Below, one piece after another: positions 1 to 9,732 of a DNA stretch of 64,000 nt (position 1 is the stretch's first letter; every line of letters begins with the position of its first letter). The notes below the pieces were generated by a model that was not told where the DNA came from, searched no databases, and worked only from the letters and a program-made list of their open reading frames with translations. A program made the translations under genes and the position numbers. Origin of the DNA: an uncultured Gammaproteobacteria bacterium. GTDB lineage: Bacteria > Patescibacteriota > Microgenomatia > UBA12405. The DNA lies in NCBI GenBank assembly GCA_964503465.1, contig CAZCYZ010000001.1:129702-193701 (forward strand). The letters run 5' to 3'.

Positions 1-1
1 T

Positions 2-217
2 CCCACTGGAACTCCCCAACCTACAAATACTCCAACTAACACTCCAATTCCAACTAACACTCCCACAAATCAGCCAACTTCAACCCCAATGCCAATCGTT
101 GAAGGCCCTAGTCCGACCAGGATTGTTCTCCCCAACGCTGGTATTAGTTTCCCTGGATCCAGTATGGTACTTTTTGGATCTATTGTGACCTTGCTTGGAT
201 TCTTGGTATTATTGTAG
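2..217 (+). CDS. 3' end of a surface protein (partial, continues upstream of the window) with a Thr/Pro-rich linker and a sortase-type sorting signal.
   Basis: Frame-2 translation ends ...PTNTPTNTPIPTNTPTNQPTSTPMPIVEGPSPTRIVLPNAGISFPGSSMVLFGSIVTLLGFLVLL*. It shows PT repeats, an LPxxG-like pentapeptide (LPNAG), then a hydrophobic tail. Stop TAG at 215-217. Confidence 0.5.
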   Translation, partial: PTGTPQPTNTPTNTPIPTNTPTNQPTSTPMPIVEGPSPTRIVLPNAGISFPGSSMVLFGSIVTLLGFLVLL

Positions 218-220
218 GTC

Positions 221-1132
221 ATGAAAATTATTGCTCTAATCGAGGCCCTACGCCCATTTCAGTGGATAAAAAATCTTAATCTATTTGCTGCTGCTATTCT
301 TAATGGCAAGCTCTTTGATCCACCAGTTTTTATTCAAAGTCTTATTGGTTTCTTGGTTTTTTCAGCACTATCATCTTCGTCATATTTGATCAATGATCTT
401 GTTGATATGGAACGGGACAAACTCCATCCCTTCAAGAAATTTCGTCCTTTAGCCAGGGGTGACGTTTCTCCAATTCAAGCAATCATTGTTTCATTTGGGT
501 TATTTTGTTTTGCCATTTTGGCTTCTCTTTATGTTAGTTTTGGTTTTTTCGTTCTTTCCCTTATTTTTATTATCATGCAATATTCTTATTCATTCGTATT
601 TAAACGTCGAGCCATTTTAGATATCATTGGCATTTCTCTCTTTTTTATCATTCGGGCTTTTGCTGGTGAAATTGCCACTGGTTACCATCTTCCTGTCTGG
701 ACTATGCTAACGGTTATTTTTCTCTCTCTTTTTATTGCCAGTGGTAAGCGTCGAAGTGAGCTGGTTAGAAGTGGCGTTAAAACTAGACAAGCACTCCAGG
801 GTTACGGTAAAAGTCTCCTTAACTTTTACACCACCATGTTTGCCGTCTGTACTTTGGTTACTTATGCTATGTACACTTTCTTTGCTGAACCTATTAGGTT
901 CCAGGGAATAATTCATCATTTCCTGTTAGATAATTTTCCTGCTGCCCTGGATCGTAAGTGGTATATGGTCACGTTGTTGCCGGTAATATTTGGCATCATG
1001 CGTTATGGCCAAATAATTTTTGAAATGGAAGAAGGGGAGAGGCCCGAACGTGTCGTTACCACCGATATTCCCCTGTTGATGTCAGTTCTTACTTGGGGGC
1101 TAATGATGATCACCATTATTTATGTTCTCTAG
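221..1132 (+). CDS. UbiA-family polyprenyl-phosphate phosphoribosyltransferase, of the decaprenyl-phosphate 5-phosphoribosyltransferase (DPPR synthase) type.
   Basis: N-terminal RPFQWIKNLNLFAAA and NDLVDMERD (the UbiA Asp-rich motif). A polytopic membrane protein of about 300 aa. Confidence 0.8.
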   Translation: MKIIALIEALRPFQWIKNLNLFAAAILNGKLFDPPVFIQSLIGFLVFSALSSSSYLINDLVDMERDKLHPFKKFRPLARGDVSPIQAIIVSFGLFCFAILASLYVSFGFFVLSLIFIIMQYSYSFVFKRRAILDIIGISLFFIIRAFAGEIATGYHLPVWTMLTVIFLSLFIASGKRRSELVRSGVKTRQALQGYGKSLLNFYTTMFAVCTLVTYAMYTFFAEPIRFQGIIHHFLLDNFPAALDRKWYMVTLLPVIFGIMRYGQIIFEMEEGERPERVVTTDIPLLMSVLTWGLMMITIIYVL

Positions 1133-2648
1133 TATCGTTCTCTTTCTGTTAACCCTATTTACTCGTTTTTTTGGATTTAATTGGGGTAATGGTTTTTTCT
1201 TCCACCCAGACGAAAATAACATGGCCACAGCTATTACCCAGCTGTCTTGGCAAAACCTTAATCCTCACTTTTTTGCCTATGGCCAATTTCCGCTATATCT
1301 TGGTTATTTTTCCCTCAAAACACTTGGACTTGCCAACACCTTTTTCAATTCTGTTTATATTCTCCGTTTTTGGTCAGCTGTCTTTTCCTGTTTCTCTATT
1401 TTGTTTTTTTACCACATTTGTAGATCAAAAATTTTTACCTTGCTATTGGTCTTTACCCCGGGATTAATTCAGTTAGCTCATTTTGGAACCACTGAAAGTC
1501 TGTTGATCTTTGTCTTTGCTGTCAATCTCTATTTGAGCCAACTTATTATTCGCAGCCCCAAACCAAAATATTTTTTTTTGGCCTCTGTTGTTACCGGAAT
1601 CGGTCTGGCTACCAAAATCTCTGCAATTATATTTATTACTCCCGTTCTTCTGGCGACTCTGTTTAACAAAGATAAAAACAAGCTCCACCTCCTATTGTTT
1701 ACTATCTACTGTTTACTGTTCACCTTTCTCTTCTTTATTATTTTCTCTCCATATAACCTAATTGCTCATGCTGACTTCCTCTCATCTCTTCACTACGAGA
1801 CTCAAGTTGCCACTGGCAAATTACCAGTTTTCTACACTAATCAATTTCTTCACACCTCCCCATATTTTTTTCAATTGACCAAGATATTCCCCTACATTGC
1901 TGGTCTTCCGATGTTTATTTTCAGTTCCATAAGTTTTTGTCTTATTCTTAAGTCATATTTCATAGATCGCAAATCATTTAACAACTTAACTATCGTTTTA
2001 CTTTCTTGCCTAGTTTATTTTTTATATTTTGGCCAGGTCTATACCAAATGGACCCGTTTCATGTCCCCCATCTTTTTCATTTTTCCGTTCCTGACGACCG
2101 TCTTATTAGAAAAAATAAATAATATAAATAAAAAAAATATTTTTATTACTTATCTAAATAAGTTTATTATAGTTTTGTCAATTATTCCCGGCATTATGTT
2201 TATGAAGATCTATTTTCAACCCGATGTTCGTCTTATTGCCAGTCGATGGATGGTTCAAGCCATTCCTGCTAATTCGAAAATCCTCTCTGAAGCCGGTAAT
2301 GTAATCAATCTTCCTATAACTGACTTGCCCGCCGCAACCGACCATCAATTACAAGTCACCAATTTTGATTTCTACAACCTTGATACCAATACCAACCTTC
2401 AACCAAAATTGACTGACCAGATTGGTCAGTCTGATTACATTATCATCCCTTCTCGTCGAATTTTTAAAAATCAAAATAATTCCAATTTTCCTGTCTCTCA
2501 ACAATATTACCAACAGTTATTTTCCGGCCAACTCGGTTTTAGTCAAATTAAACAATTTTCTGTTTTTAATGACGAAAACGCCGAGGAAACCTGGTCAGTC
2601 TTCGATCACCCTGTAGTTAGAATTTTCCAAAGAAATTACTACGATTAA
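1122..2648 (+). CDS. GT-C superfamily membrane glycosyltransferase (GT39/ArnT/PMT_2-like, polyprenyl-phosphate-sugar dependent).
   Basis: More than 10 predicted TM segments. Conserved first-loop motif NWGNGFFFHPDE (the DE motif of GT-C). Soluble C-terminal domain. Confidence 0.65.
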   Translation: MFSSIVLFLLTLFTRFFGFNWGNGFFFHPDENNMATAITQLSWQNLNPHFFAYGQFPLYLGYFSLKTLGLANTFFNSVYILRFWSAVFSCFSILFFYHICRSKIFTLLLVFTPGLIQLAHFGTTESLLIFVFAVNLYLSQLIIRSPKPKYFFLASVVTGIGLATKISAIIFITPVLLATLFNKDKNKLHLLLFTIYCLLFTFLFFIIFSPYNLIAHADFLSSLHYETQVATGKLPVFYTNQFLHTSPYFFQLTKIFPYIAGLPMFIFSSISFCLILKSYFIDRKSFNNLTIVLLSCLVYFLYFGQVYTKWTRFMSPIFFIFPFLTTVLLEKINNINKKNIFITYLNKFIIVLSIIPGIMFMKIYFQPDVRLIASRWMVQAIPANSKILSEAGNVINLPITDLPAATDHQLQVTNFDFYNLDTNTNLQPKLTDQIGQSDYIIIPSRRIFKNQNNSNFPVSQQYYQQLFSGQLGFSQIKQFSVFNDENAEETWSVFDHPVVRIFQRNYYD

Positions 2649-2656
2649 TTCACCCT

Positions 2657-4366
2657 ATGGTTAAACTAATTCACCAATTTCCACTGACGATTATTGGTGT
2701 CATTCTCTCTATCGTCTCCTTTGCCATCTCTTCTCCTACGCTTGGGTTAAACCAACTAGCTTTTTGCTATTTTCTGTTGTCAATATTACTGATCTTTTTT
2801 GATTATGTTCGAGCGCATGTCACCATTCGGCAGTTGTCAATACCAACTCGGTTGTTTTGGTTCGTCCTTGCCCTAGCTTTTGTATCCAGACTCTCTTTAC
2901 TTACCAGTTACCCTTTTGTTTCAGTTGGTGACCAGCTTCGTGATGGTGGTCTAGACGCCCAAAAAATTGTCAACCAGGAAATTTCAAATCTTTTCGAGTC
3001 TGGAGCTTACAATGCTCATGGACTAATCATTCCCTGGTTCTCCAGTTTGTTCTATCTCTTTATCGGTCCCTCAGTTCTAGTTTATCGAATTCCTGCTGCT
3101 CTTATTTCAATTCTTGACATTATTGCTATTTTTATTTTTGTCAAGTCAATTAAAGGTACCTGGTCAGCATTCTTTAGTAGTCTTGTCTTAATAGTCCTCC
3201 CCCTCCATCTTTTTTACGGCCGGACTGAATTAGTTGTTATTTTTAGTAGTCTGATGGCCACACTCACCCTTTTCACCGTCTATCATTTCTTTGCTCGGCC
3301 AGGTTATCCACTTTACATTCTCTTGGGATTAATAATTGGTTTCTCCTGGAATTTTCATGGCGGAGTCAAGGCCTTCACTATTCTTGTTGCTATTTTTGTG
3401 GTAACCAGAGACCTAATAACCATCGTTACTAAATTGTTATCTAAACAGTCAATTAAAAGTAATCTAATTGGGTTAACTCTATTGGCTGGTTTTCTTATCA
3501 TTGGCTTTGGGCCCAAAATTATTTTTACTAACCAACAGGGATTTGTCCATGCCTCTCGCTTTAACTCCAATAATCTAAGTTTAAATACTCTCACTAATAA
3601 TTATCTTAAGTCCCTTATGGTTTATTTTTATGAGCCAACCAATAGTTGGTATCCTGACCATCAGCCCATTTTGGTACCAATATTTGCCCTGTTCTTCCTC
3701 CTTGGCATCGGCAAAATCATCTTTCTTTCCAAAAATATTTTTGATTGGTTTCTGATATATCTGATTTCTTTAACCCCTTTTACTAACAGTACTATTACCG
3801 ACATCCTCAATGCCGACCACCGCCTGGTTCCTCTACTCCCCGTAATAGTTATCATTATTGGGATAGGAATTGATTATATTCTTGATTCCATTAGTACTAC
3901 TTCTCTCAAGCGTATTTCTACTATTACCCTGTCACTTTACATAATACTAGTCGGGATTCATTTTTTTATCAAGCGACCTGCCGACATTAATGACTATGTC
4001 AATCAAAAACAGGACCTAAAGGATTACCTGTCAATGCATCTTATTTATTTTCTTCGGTCCCAACCTTCGTTTACTATCTCCCCGAACCTTTGCATTTCTG
4101 CACCACCAGCTAACTATCCGAACTATATCTTGACCCACTACCAAGAGCAATATCAGTATTTTTTTCCTCACACGGTGGTCGGAGTAGAAGAAAATCCCAC
4201 TCTTACTGATAGTGAAATAATGATTACTCCTTCCGCTTGTTCATCATTATCCCCCAGTCCAAAAGACTATCAAATTTCCCAAATAGACTGTTCCAGGGAT
4301 AATTTTTTCACTTGTCCGCACGACTATTTAGGTAAAATGAAAATTTATTACCCTTTGTCATTATGA
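2657..4366 (+). CDS. GT-C-like polytopic membrane protein (putative glycosyltransferase).
   Basis: Multi-TM N-terminal half with a DQLRDGGLD loop and a soluble C-terminal domain. Lies between two clear GT39-like genes, 9 nt downstream of one and overlapping the next by 4 nt. Confidence 0.45.
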   Translation: MVKLIHQFPLTIIGVILSIVSFAISSPTLGLNQLAFCYFLLSILLIFFDYVRAHVTIRQLSIPTRLFWFVLALAFVSRLSLLTSYPFVSVGDQLRDGGLDAQKIVNQEISNLFESGAYNAHGLIIPWFSSLFYLFIGPSVLVYRIPAALISILDIIAIFIFVKSIKGTWSAFFSSLVLIVLPLHLFYGRTELVVIFSSLMATLTLFTVYHFFARPGYPLYILLGLIIGFSWNFHGGVKAFTILVAIFVVTRDLITIVTKLLSKQSIKSNLIGLTLLAGFLIIGFGPKIIFTNQQGFVHASRFNSNNLSLNTLTNNYLKSLMVYFYEPTNSWYPDHQPILVPIFALFFLLGIGKIIFLSKNIFDWFLIYLISLTPFTNSTITDILNADHRLVPLLPVIVIIIGIGIDYILDSISTTSLKRISTITLSLYIILVGIHFFIKRPADINDYVNQKQDLKDYLSMHLIYFLRSQPSFTISPNLCISAPPANYPNYILTHYQEQYQYFFPHTVVGVEENPTLTDSEIMITPSACSSLSPSPKDYQISQIDCSRDNFFTCPHDYLGKMKIYYPLSL

Positions 4367-6063
4367 AAAAATTATCCAAAAATTATTTGACGACTATATT
4401 CATTTTCTTCGTGGTGTTGCTAGTCAGATTCTACGGCCTTAATTGGGACCAAGGTTATCATCTCCACCCAGACGAAAGAATGATATCTATGGTAGTTGAT
4501 AAAATTAAACTACCCCAAAGCTCAAACATTGGTCAAATATTTTCCCCCGATTCTAGTCTCAACCCGAAATTTTTTGCCTACGGTTCATTCCCCATCTACC
4601 TACTCAAAACGGTCTCTTCCATTTTTCCCTCCAATTCCCCCTACTCCCAGTATCAAGCCAATAATCTACTTGGTCGGGGCCTGTCAGCTATAGCCGATTC
4701 GGTTTCGGTCGTTCTAATCTACAAAATAGGGCAATTACTTTTCACTTCCCAAGTTGGTATTTTAGCCTCTTTAATTTATGGTTTTGCCGTTCTTCCATTC
4801 CAACTATCGCACTTTTACGCCGTCGACACTCTTTTAAATTGTTTTATTTTATTTACCATTTATCAACTTTGCCAACTCTACCTTCATCGTCGTCCTCTTA
4901 ATGCAATCTTGACCGGTATAGCATTTGGGCTATCTTTAGCTACCAAAATCAGTGCTACTGTTCTACTGGCATCTATTGGAGCCACCTTCTTAGTTGAGTT
5001 TTTACTCTACCTTGTCAAAAAAAATCCCAAACCATCACTCACCTCACTCCAAAATAACACTCTTCTCTTGCTACTAGTATTTCTCGTCACCTTTACCACT
5101 TTCTTCATTTGTCAGCCATTTGCTTTTTTTGACTTTCCAACCTTTTGGAACCAAATTAATGAACAAAAAGCCATGACTCGAAACGCTTTTGTTTTTCCCT
5201 ATACTCTTCAATACGTCTTTACCCCCCCATATGTTTATCAGCTTAAAAATATTTTCTTATGGGGATTTGGACCCATAGCCACAATTTTTGGGCTGTTAGG
5301 ATTTGTTCTCTCTTTAATTAAACTAATTAAAAATCTTTTTATTCCTGGCAATGACACCAAAGAGGGACTACTCCTAATAGTTTTTACCTTTTGCCTTGGC
5401 TATTTTCTTGTTGTTGGCTCCTTTGCGATTAAATTTGTGCGTTACTGTCTTCCGCTTTATCCATTTTTAGCTATCTTTGCCGCTTGGACTATTTTTTCTG
5501 CCCCATCAATTATTATTAAGAAAATCCTTCTAGTAATACTCATGCTATTTCAGCTTAGCTGGTTTTTGGCCTTTACCCATATTTACTCTCTCCCCAACAC
5601 CCGAGTCGAAGCCAGTAATTGGATTAACCAAAATATTCCCAAAGGTAGTCTTATCCTTCGAGAACATTGGGACGATGGTTTACCGCTTTTTGATTCCAGG
5701 CAATTTCGATATCAAGATCTAGCTCTTTACGACTCCGATCTTAATCCCAACAAATGGGCCCAAATTCAATCACAGCTAACTCAAGCCAATTATCTTATAG
5801 TTGCTAGTAATCGTCTTTATACTCCTCTTTTAAAGTTAACAAATTGTGAAGTTCTCCCGCCAGGAAAATGTTACCGCCAAACTGCTCAATACTACCAAGA
5901 TCTTTTTTCAGGTAAGCTGGGTTATCAACTAGTTGCTGAATTTGCTAGATTCCCAAGTTTTCTTGGAGTTGATATAAATGATCAATCAGCCGACGAATCC
6001 TTTACCGTCTACGACCACCCCAAAATAATGATTTTTAGGAACACTCAACAATCACATGAATAA
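4363..6063 (+). CDS. GT-C superfamily membrane glycosyltransferase (GT39/ArnT-like), a paralog of 1122..2648.
   Basis: LNWDQGYHLHPDERM motif, the same as in 1122..2648. Polytopic. C-terminal end ...TVYDHPKIMIFRNTQ parallels ...SVFDHPVVRIFQRNY of the paralog. Confidence 0.65.
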   Translation: MKKLSKNYLTTIFIFFVVLLVRFYGLNWDQGYHLHPDERMISMVVDKIKLPQSSNIGQIFSPDSSLNPKFFAYGSFPIYLLKTVSSIFPSNSPYSQYQANNLLGRGLSAIADSVSVVLIYKIGQLLFTSQVGILASLIYGFAVLPFQLSHFYAVDTLLNCFILFTIYQLCQLYLHRRPLNAILTGIAFGLSLATKISATVLLASIGATFLVEFLLYLVKKNPKPSLTSLQNNTLLLLLVFLVTFTTFFICQPFAFFDFPTFWNQINEQKAMTRNAFVFPYTLQYVFTPPYVYQLKNIFLWGFGPIATIFGLLGFVLSLIKLIKNLFIPGNDTKEGLLLIVFTFCLGYFLVVGSFAIKFVRYCLPLYPFLAIFAAWTIFSAPSIIIKKILLVILMLFQLSWFLAFTHIYSLPNTRVEASNWINQNIPKGSLILREHWDDGLPLFDSRQFRYQDLALYDSDLNPNKWAQIQSQLTQANYLIVASNRLYTPLLKLTNCEVLPPGKCYRQTAQYYQDLFSGKLGYQLVAEFARFPSFLGVDINDQSADESFTVYDHPKIMIFRNTQQSHE

Positions 6064-7111
6064 CAATATCTATATTCAACCAATTTCTCCTTCCACTGTT
6101 ATTTCTGACTATCAAAAGCTTCTTGCCAAGCTTCCTAAACCACAAAACACCCCAACCGTCATTAAATTGAATCTATCATGGACTAAGTTTTATCCAGCTG
6201 TTTCAACTCCACCTTGGCACTTTGATGCCATTCTAAAGTGGCTGATTGATTCCGGAGTTTCCCCCTCAAATATTATTCCAGTTGAGAACCGTACTGTTGT
6301 CACTAAGGTCGAAATTGGTGCCCGAAATCATGGTTGGACCAAAATTGCCAAAAAATACGACGTTAAGCTTCACTACCTCACCAAAGAAAAATACATTGAA
6401 TACCGTCCCAAGTCAAAAATGTTAGTTCTTGACCAAATTTTCCCTGACGGAATTCTTCTCCCGGAAGTAATAATGGATAAACCCCTTATTACTCTGTGCA
6501 CACTTAAGTCTCACGTGTTTACCACCATCACCGGTGCTATCAAAAATTATTTTGGCATGCTTAATACCAATCGTCATTTTTGTCATCGCCGTATTCACCA
6601 AACTATCATTGATCTTCTTCAGATCCAGCGGGAACTCCATCCCCAAATCTTTGCCGTGATGGATGGTAGTGTTCTTGGTTTTGGGCCTGGCCCTAGGGCC
6701 ATGGAGTGGGAGCCAGCCAACCTTGCCCTGGCCAGTTGCGATGAAGTTGCTCTTGATGCCACTGCCGCCAGAATCATTGGTTTTGATCCCAGTCAAATAG
6801 AATTCATCAAGTTAGGGCACAAAATGAAACTGGGCAATATGAACCCTACCTATTCACATTCCTTGCCAAATTTTCACCACTCCGTTCGCAAAGATACTTT
6901 CGCCTCCCGCGGGCAAAAATTTATTTATCACCATCTCCCTGAATGGTTTGAAAAACTAATTCTTCGAAGCCCTATTGCTCCTTGGTCATACGCCGCCTCA
7001 AACCTTTACCATGATGGTTACTGGTACAATTTTGTTGGCAAAAATCGATTGAGTGCTTATCTTCGGTCTGATTGGGGCAAACTGTTTAAAAATTACGTTC
7101 CTCGTGATTAG
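6056..7111 (+). CDS. DUF362-domain protein.
   Basis: VIKLNLSW (KPNxV-like) motif and ...LKSHVFTTITGAIKNYFGML, characteristic of DUF362. Overlaps the upstream glycosyltransferase by 8 nt. Confidence 0.55.
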   Translation: MNNNIYIQPISPSTVISDYQKLLAKLPKPQNTPTVIKLNLSWTKFYPAVSTPPWHFDAILKWLIDSGVSPSNIIPVENRTVVTKVEIGARNHGWTKIAKKYDVKLHYLTKEKYIEYRPKSKMLVLDQIFPDGILLPEVIMDKPLITLCTLKSHVFTTITGAIKNYFGMLNTNRHFCHRRIHQTIIDLLQIQRELHPQIFAVMDGSVLGFGPGPRAMEWEPANLALASCDEVALDATAARIIGFDPSQIEFIKLGHKMKLGNMNPTYSHSLPNFHHSVRKDTFASRGQKFIYHHLPEWFEKLILRSPIAPWSYAASNLYHDGYWYNFVGKNRLSAYLRSDWGKLFKNYVPRD

Positions 7112-7670
7112 GAAGTTACTATTCTGGCAGCCTTCCATCGATTGTTATCGTCTACTTTCCCAACATCGTTACGGCCAATCCTTCTTAGTGGCCACCAACT
7201 ATTTAATTTGGTTTTTCCTTTTCTTTGTTTCTTATTTGCTAATAAAGCAAAATACCAACGTTTTTTGGCAACTGCTCCTGGCCACCATTACTAGTGAAGT
7301 CATTGAGAAAATAGTTAAAGTCAAAAACCTATGGAAAAGACCAGCTTTTGCCAATGGTAACCAGATCCCTAATGGTTTTATTAAGTCCTGGTACCTCAAG
7401 GGCTCTTTTCCTTCTGGTCATACCATCAAAGCCGTTTTCTTTCTGTTGTTCATCCTTCAATATTCAGTCATATCCCCATTTGTCTATTTGGCTGTCGTTG
7501 TTCCCTTGTTATTAATCAGGGTTATTTGTGGTTTTCATTATCCCGTTGACATTCTTGGTGGGGGTATAATTGGTGGTTTAATTTGGGTCATGTTCAATCA
7601 CATTTACGCCCCCGAATGGCTAAATCAGATTATTTCCCAAATTTTTAATTTCGTTTTTTTTATCAAATAG
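7053..7670 (+). CDS. PAP2-family (type 2 phosphatidic acid / polyprenyl-pyrophosphate) phosphatase. Start uncertain (possible GTG at 7188).
   Basis: PAP2 motifs KRPAF ... PSGH ... HYPVDILGG. The annotated ORF overlaps the DUF362 gene by 59 nt, so a later start is likely. Confidence 0.75.
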   Translation: MLIFGLIGANCLKITFLVIRKLLFWQPSIDCYRLLSQHRYGQSFLVATNYLIWFFLFFVSYLLIKQNTNVFWQLLLATITSEVIEKIVKVKNLWKRPAFANGNQIPNGFIKSWYLKGSFPSGHTIKAVFFLLFILQYSVISPFVYLAVVVPLLLIRVICGFHYPVDILGGGIIGGLIWVMFNHIYAPEWLNQIISQIFNFVFFIK

Positions 7671-7674
7671 TCTC

Positions 7675-9732
7675 TTGACTATGTTTTCTGATCTAAAGTT
7701 TATTATTCTCTGGTGGTTTGTTATTTTAACTTGCGGCCTAGCCGTACTTCCTCTTACTCTTCGCCTGTTCTCCAAATTTTGGGATCGGGGATATGTTTTC
7801 GCCAAAATTATTTCTCTAGGATTGACAACATACCTCGTTCTAGTTCTTGGAATTTTTAAAGTTCTACCCTTCACCATTCCGGTTATTCTAGCTGTGTTGA
7901 TCGTTCTAGCTGCTGCCAGTTACAAACTCAATCCCCATTTTTTTGATGATTTACAAAAGAAATATCCGATTTTCGTCATCGAAGAACTGGTCTTTTTACT
8001 AATACTCATTGCTTGGTCTTATATTCGTGGTTTTGCCCCCGATATAGAAGGTCTCGAAAAGTACATGGACTGGGGTTTTATTAATTCTATGCTCCGGACC
8101 AAGTTTCTTCCGCCCATTGACATGTGGTTTGCCAGTGAGCCCATTAATTATTATTATTTTGGCCATCTAATTTTTGCCCTGATCACCAAGCTTTCTAATA
8201 TTCCTTCGGCTATTACTTACAATCTTTCCATCGCCACCGTCTGTTCATTAACTTTCGTTTCCACTTTTTCCTTGGCCTCAAATCTTGTCTCTTCTACCCT
8301 CAAAAAGCCCCGAGTTAAAACTATTATTGTCGCCGGTCTCATCTCCGCTATTATTCTTACATTTGGTGGCAATCTCCATGCTGTTTACAAGATTATCAAA
8401 ATCAATATCAACGATAACGGTCGTTTGACGTTAACTCCCGAGGCCATTACCAAATCCGCTCATGCATATTGGTATCCCGACGCTACTCGGTTTATTGGTT
8501 TTGATCCAGACATCAAAGATAAAACTATTCATGAATTTCCTCTCTATAGCTTTGTAGTTGCCGATCTTCATGGCCACATGAACGACATTCCGGTTATCCT
8601 ATTTTTTATTGCCTTTCTGTTTTCAAGTTTCATTAGTTTTCCTAGTGTCAAAAACCTCTTTAATTGGTTTCTAATTATTCCCTCCGCCCTCACCCTTTCA
8701 ATTGCCTACATGACCAATGCCTGGGATTTTGCTGTTTACGGCCTCCTTTTTGCTATTTCTCACTTTCTTATCTACTTTCAATCTACTCGTCATAAATTAT
8801 TTGAAACTGTCATCAAAACTTTTGTCAACGGAGTTGCAGTTATCATCTTTTGGTATCTATTTACCTTGCCTTTCTCCCTCAATTTCGTTCCCATGGCCCA
8901 AGGTTTAATGCTTTCTGACTCTCGCTCACCCTTTTATCAATTGTTTATTCTTTACGGTGGTTTTTGGCTTATTTGCTTGCCTTTTTTGTTCATTTTTTTG
9001 CAAAAGAACCAAAAGTTTCAAACGGCCGACCATTTTGTCCTTGCCCTGATAATCACCGCCACCATTCTCATTATCATCCCTGAGATTGGTTATCTAAAAG
9101 ACATCTATATCTATGAACATCGTCGAGCCAACACCATGTTTAAACTCGTTTACCAGGCATTTATCATGTACTCTCTCTGTTCAGGTTATATCCTAATTCG
9201 TTTATCAAAACATTTACTCTATCGCATATTATTTGTCATTATCTTTGTCTGTCACCTTCTTTACCCCTATTTTGCCATTCGTTCTTATTATGGTTTTCGC
9301 CAATACCGAGGCCTTTGGGGTTTAAATTATCTTCAAAATCTTTATCCTGACAGCTTGGCTGCTGTTGATTGGCTCAACGCCAATGTTACTGGTCAGCCGG
9401 TAATCCTTGAAGCAGTAGGGGACAGCTACACTACTTTTAATCATGTTTCATCGGCCACTGGTCTGCCCACTATTGAAGGGTGGGTAGTTCATGAATGGCT
9501 CTGGCGTGGCGGTTACGACCAGCCCGGAGCCAGATCGGCTGAAGTCCAAAAGATATATGAATCGACCAACCTTACCGAAGTTCAACAGTTGCTTCAAAAG
9601 TATAATGTCGAATATGTTATTGTTGGTCCCAAAGAGGTTGAGAAATATAAAGACCTTAAAGAAGACAACTTACTAAACCTGGGGGCAAAAGTTGTCTTTC
9701 AAACCGGTCAAACCAAAGTTTATCGACTTTAA
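7675..9732 (+). CDS. YYY-domain (DUF2298 / TIGR03662-like) large polytopic membrane protein, putative GT-C-like transferase.
   Basis: EPINYYYFGH motif. About 12 TM segments plus a C-terminal soluble domain. 685 aa. Confidence 0.6.
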   Translation: MTMFSDLKFIILWWFVILTCGLAVLPLTLRLFSKFWDRGYVFAKIISLGLTTYLVLVLGIFKVLPFTIPVILAVLIVLAAASYKLNPHFFDDLQKKYPIFVIEELVFLLILIAWSYIRGFAPDIEGLEKYMDWGFINSMLRTKFLPPIDMWFASEPINYYYFGHLIFALITKLSNIPSAITYNLSIATVCSLTFVSTFSLASNLVSSTLKKPRVKTIIVAGLISAIILTFGGNLHAVYKIIKININDNGRLTLTPEAITKSAHAYWYPDATRFIGFDPDIKDKTIHEFPLYSFVVADLHGHMNDIPVILFFIAFLFSSFISFPSVKNLFNWFLIIPSALTLSIAYMTNAWDFAVYGLLFAISHFLIYFQSTRHKLFETVIKTFVNGVAVIIFWYLFTLPFSLNFVPMAQGLMLSDSRSPFYQLFILYGGFWLICLPFLFIFLQKNQKFQTADHFVLALIITATILIIIPEIGYLKDIYIYEHRRANTMFKLVYQAFIMYSLCSGYILIRLSKHLLYRILFVIIFVCHLLYPYFAIRSYYGFRQYRGLWGLNYLQNLYPDSLAAVDWLNANVTGQPVILEAVGDSYTTFNHVSSATGLPTIEGWVVHEWLWRGGYDQPGARSAEVQKIYESTNLTEVQQLLQKYNVEYVIVGPKEVEKYKDLKEDNLLNLGAKVVFQTGQTKVYRL

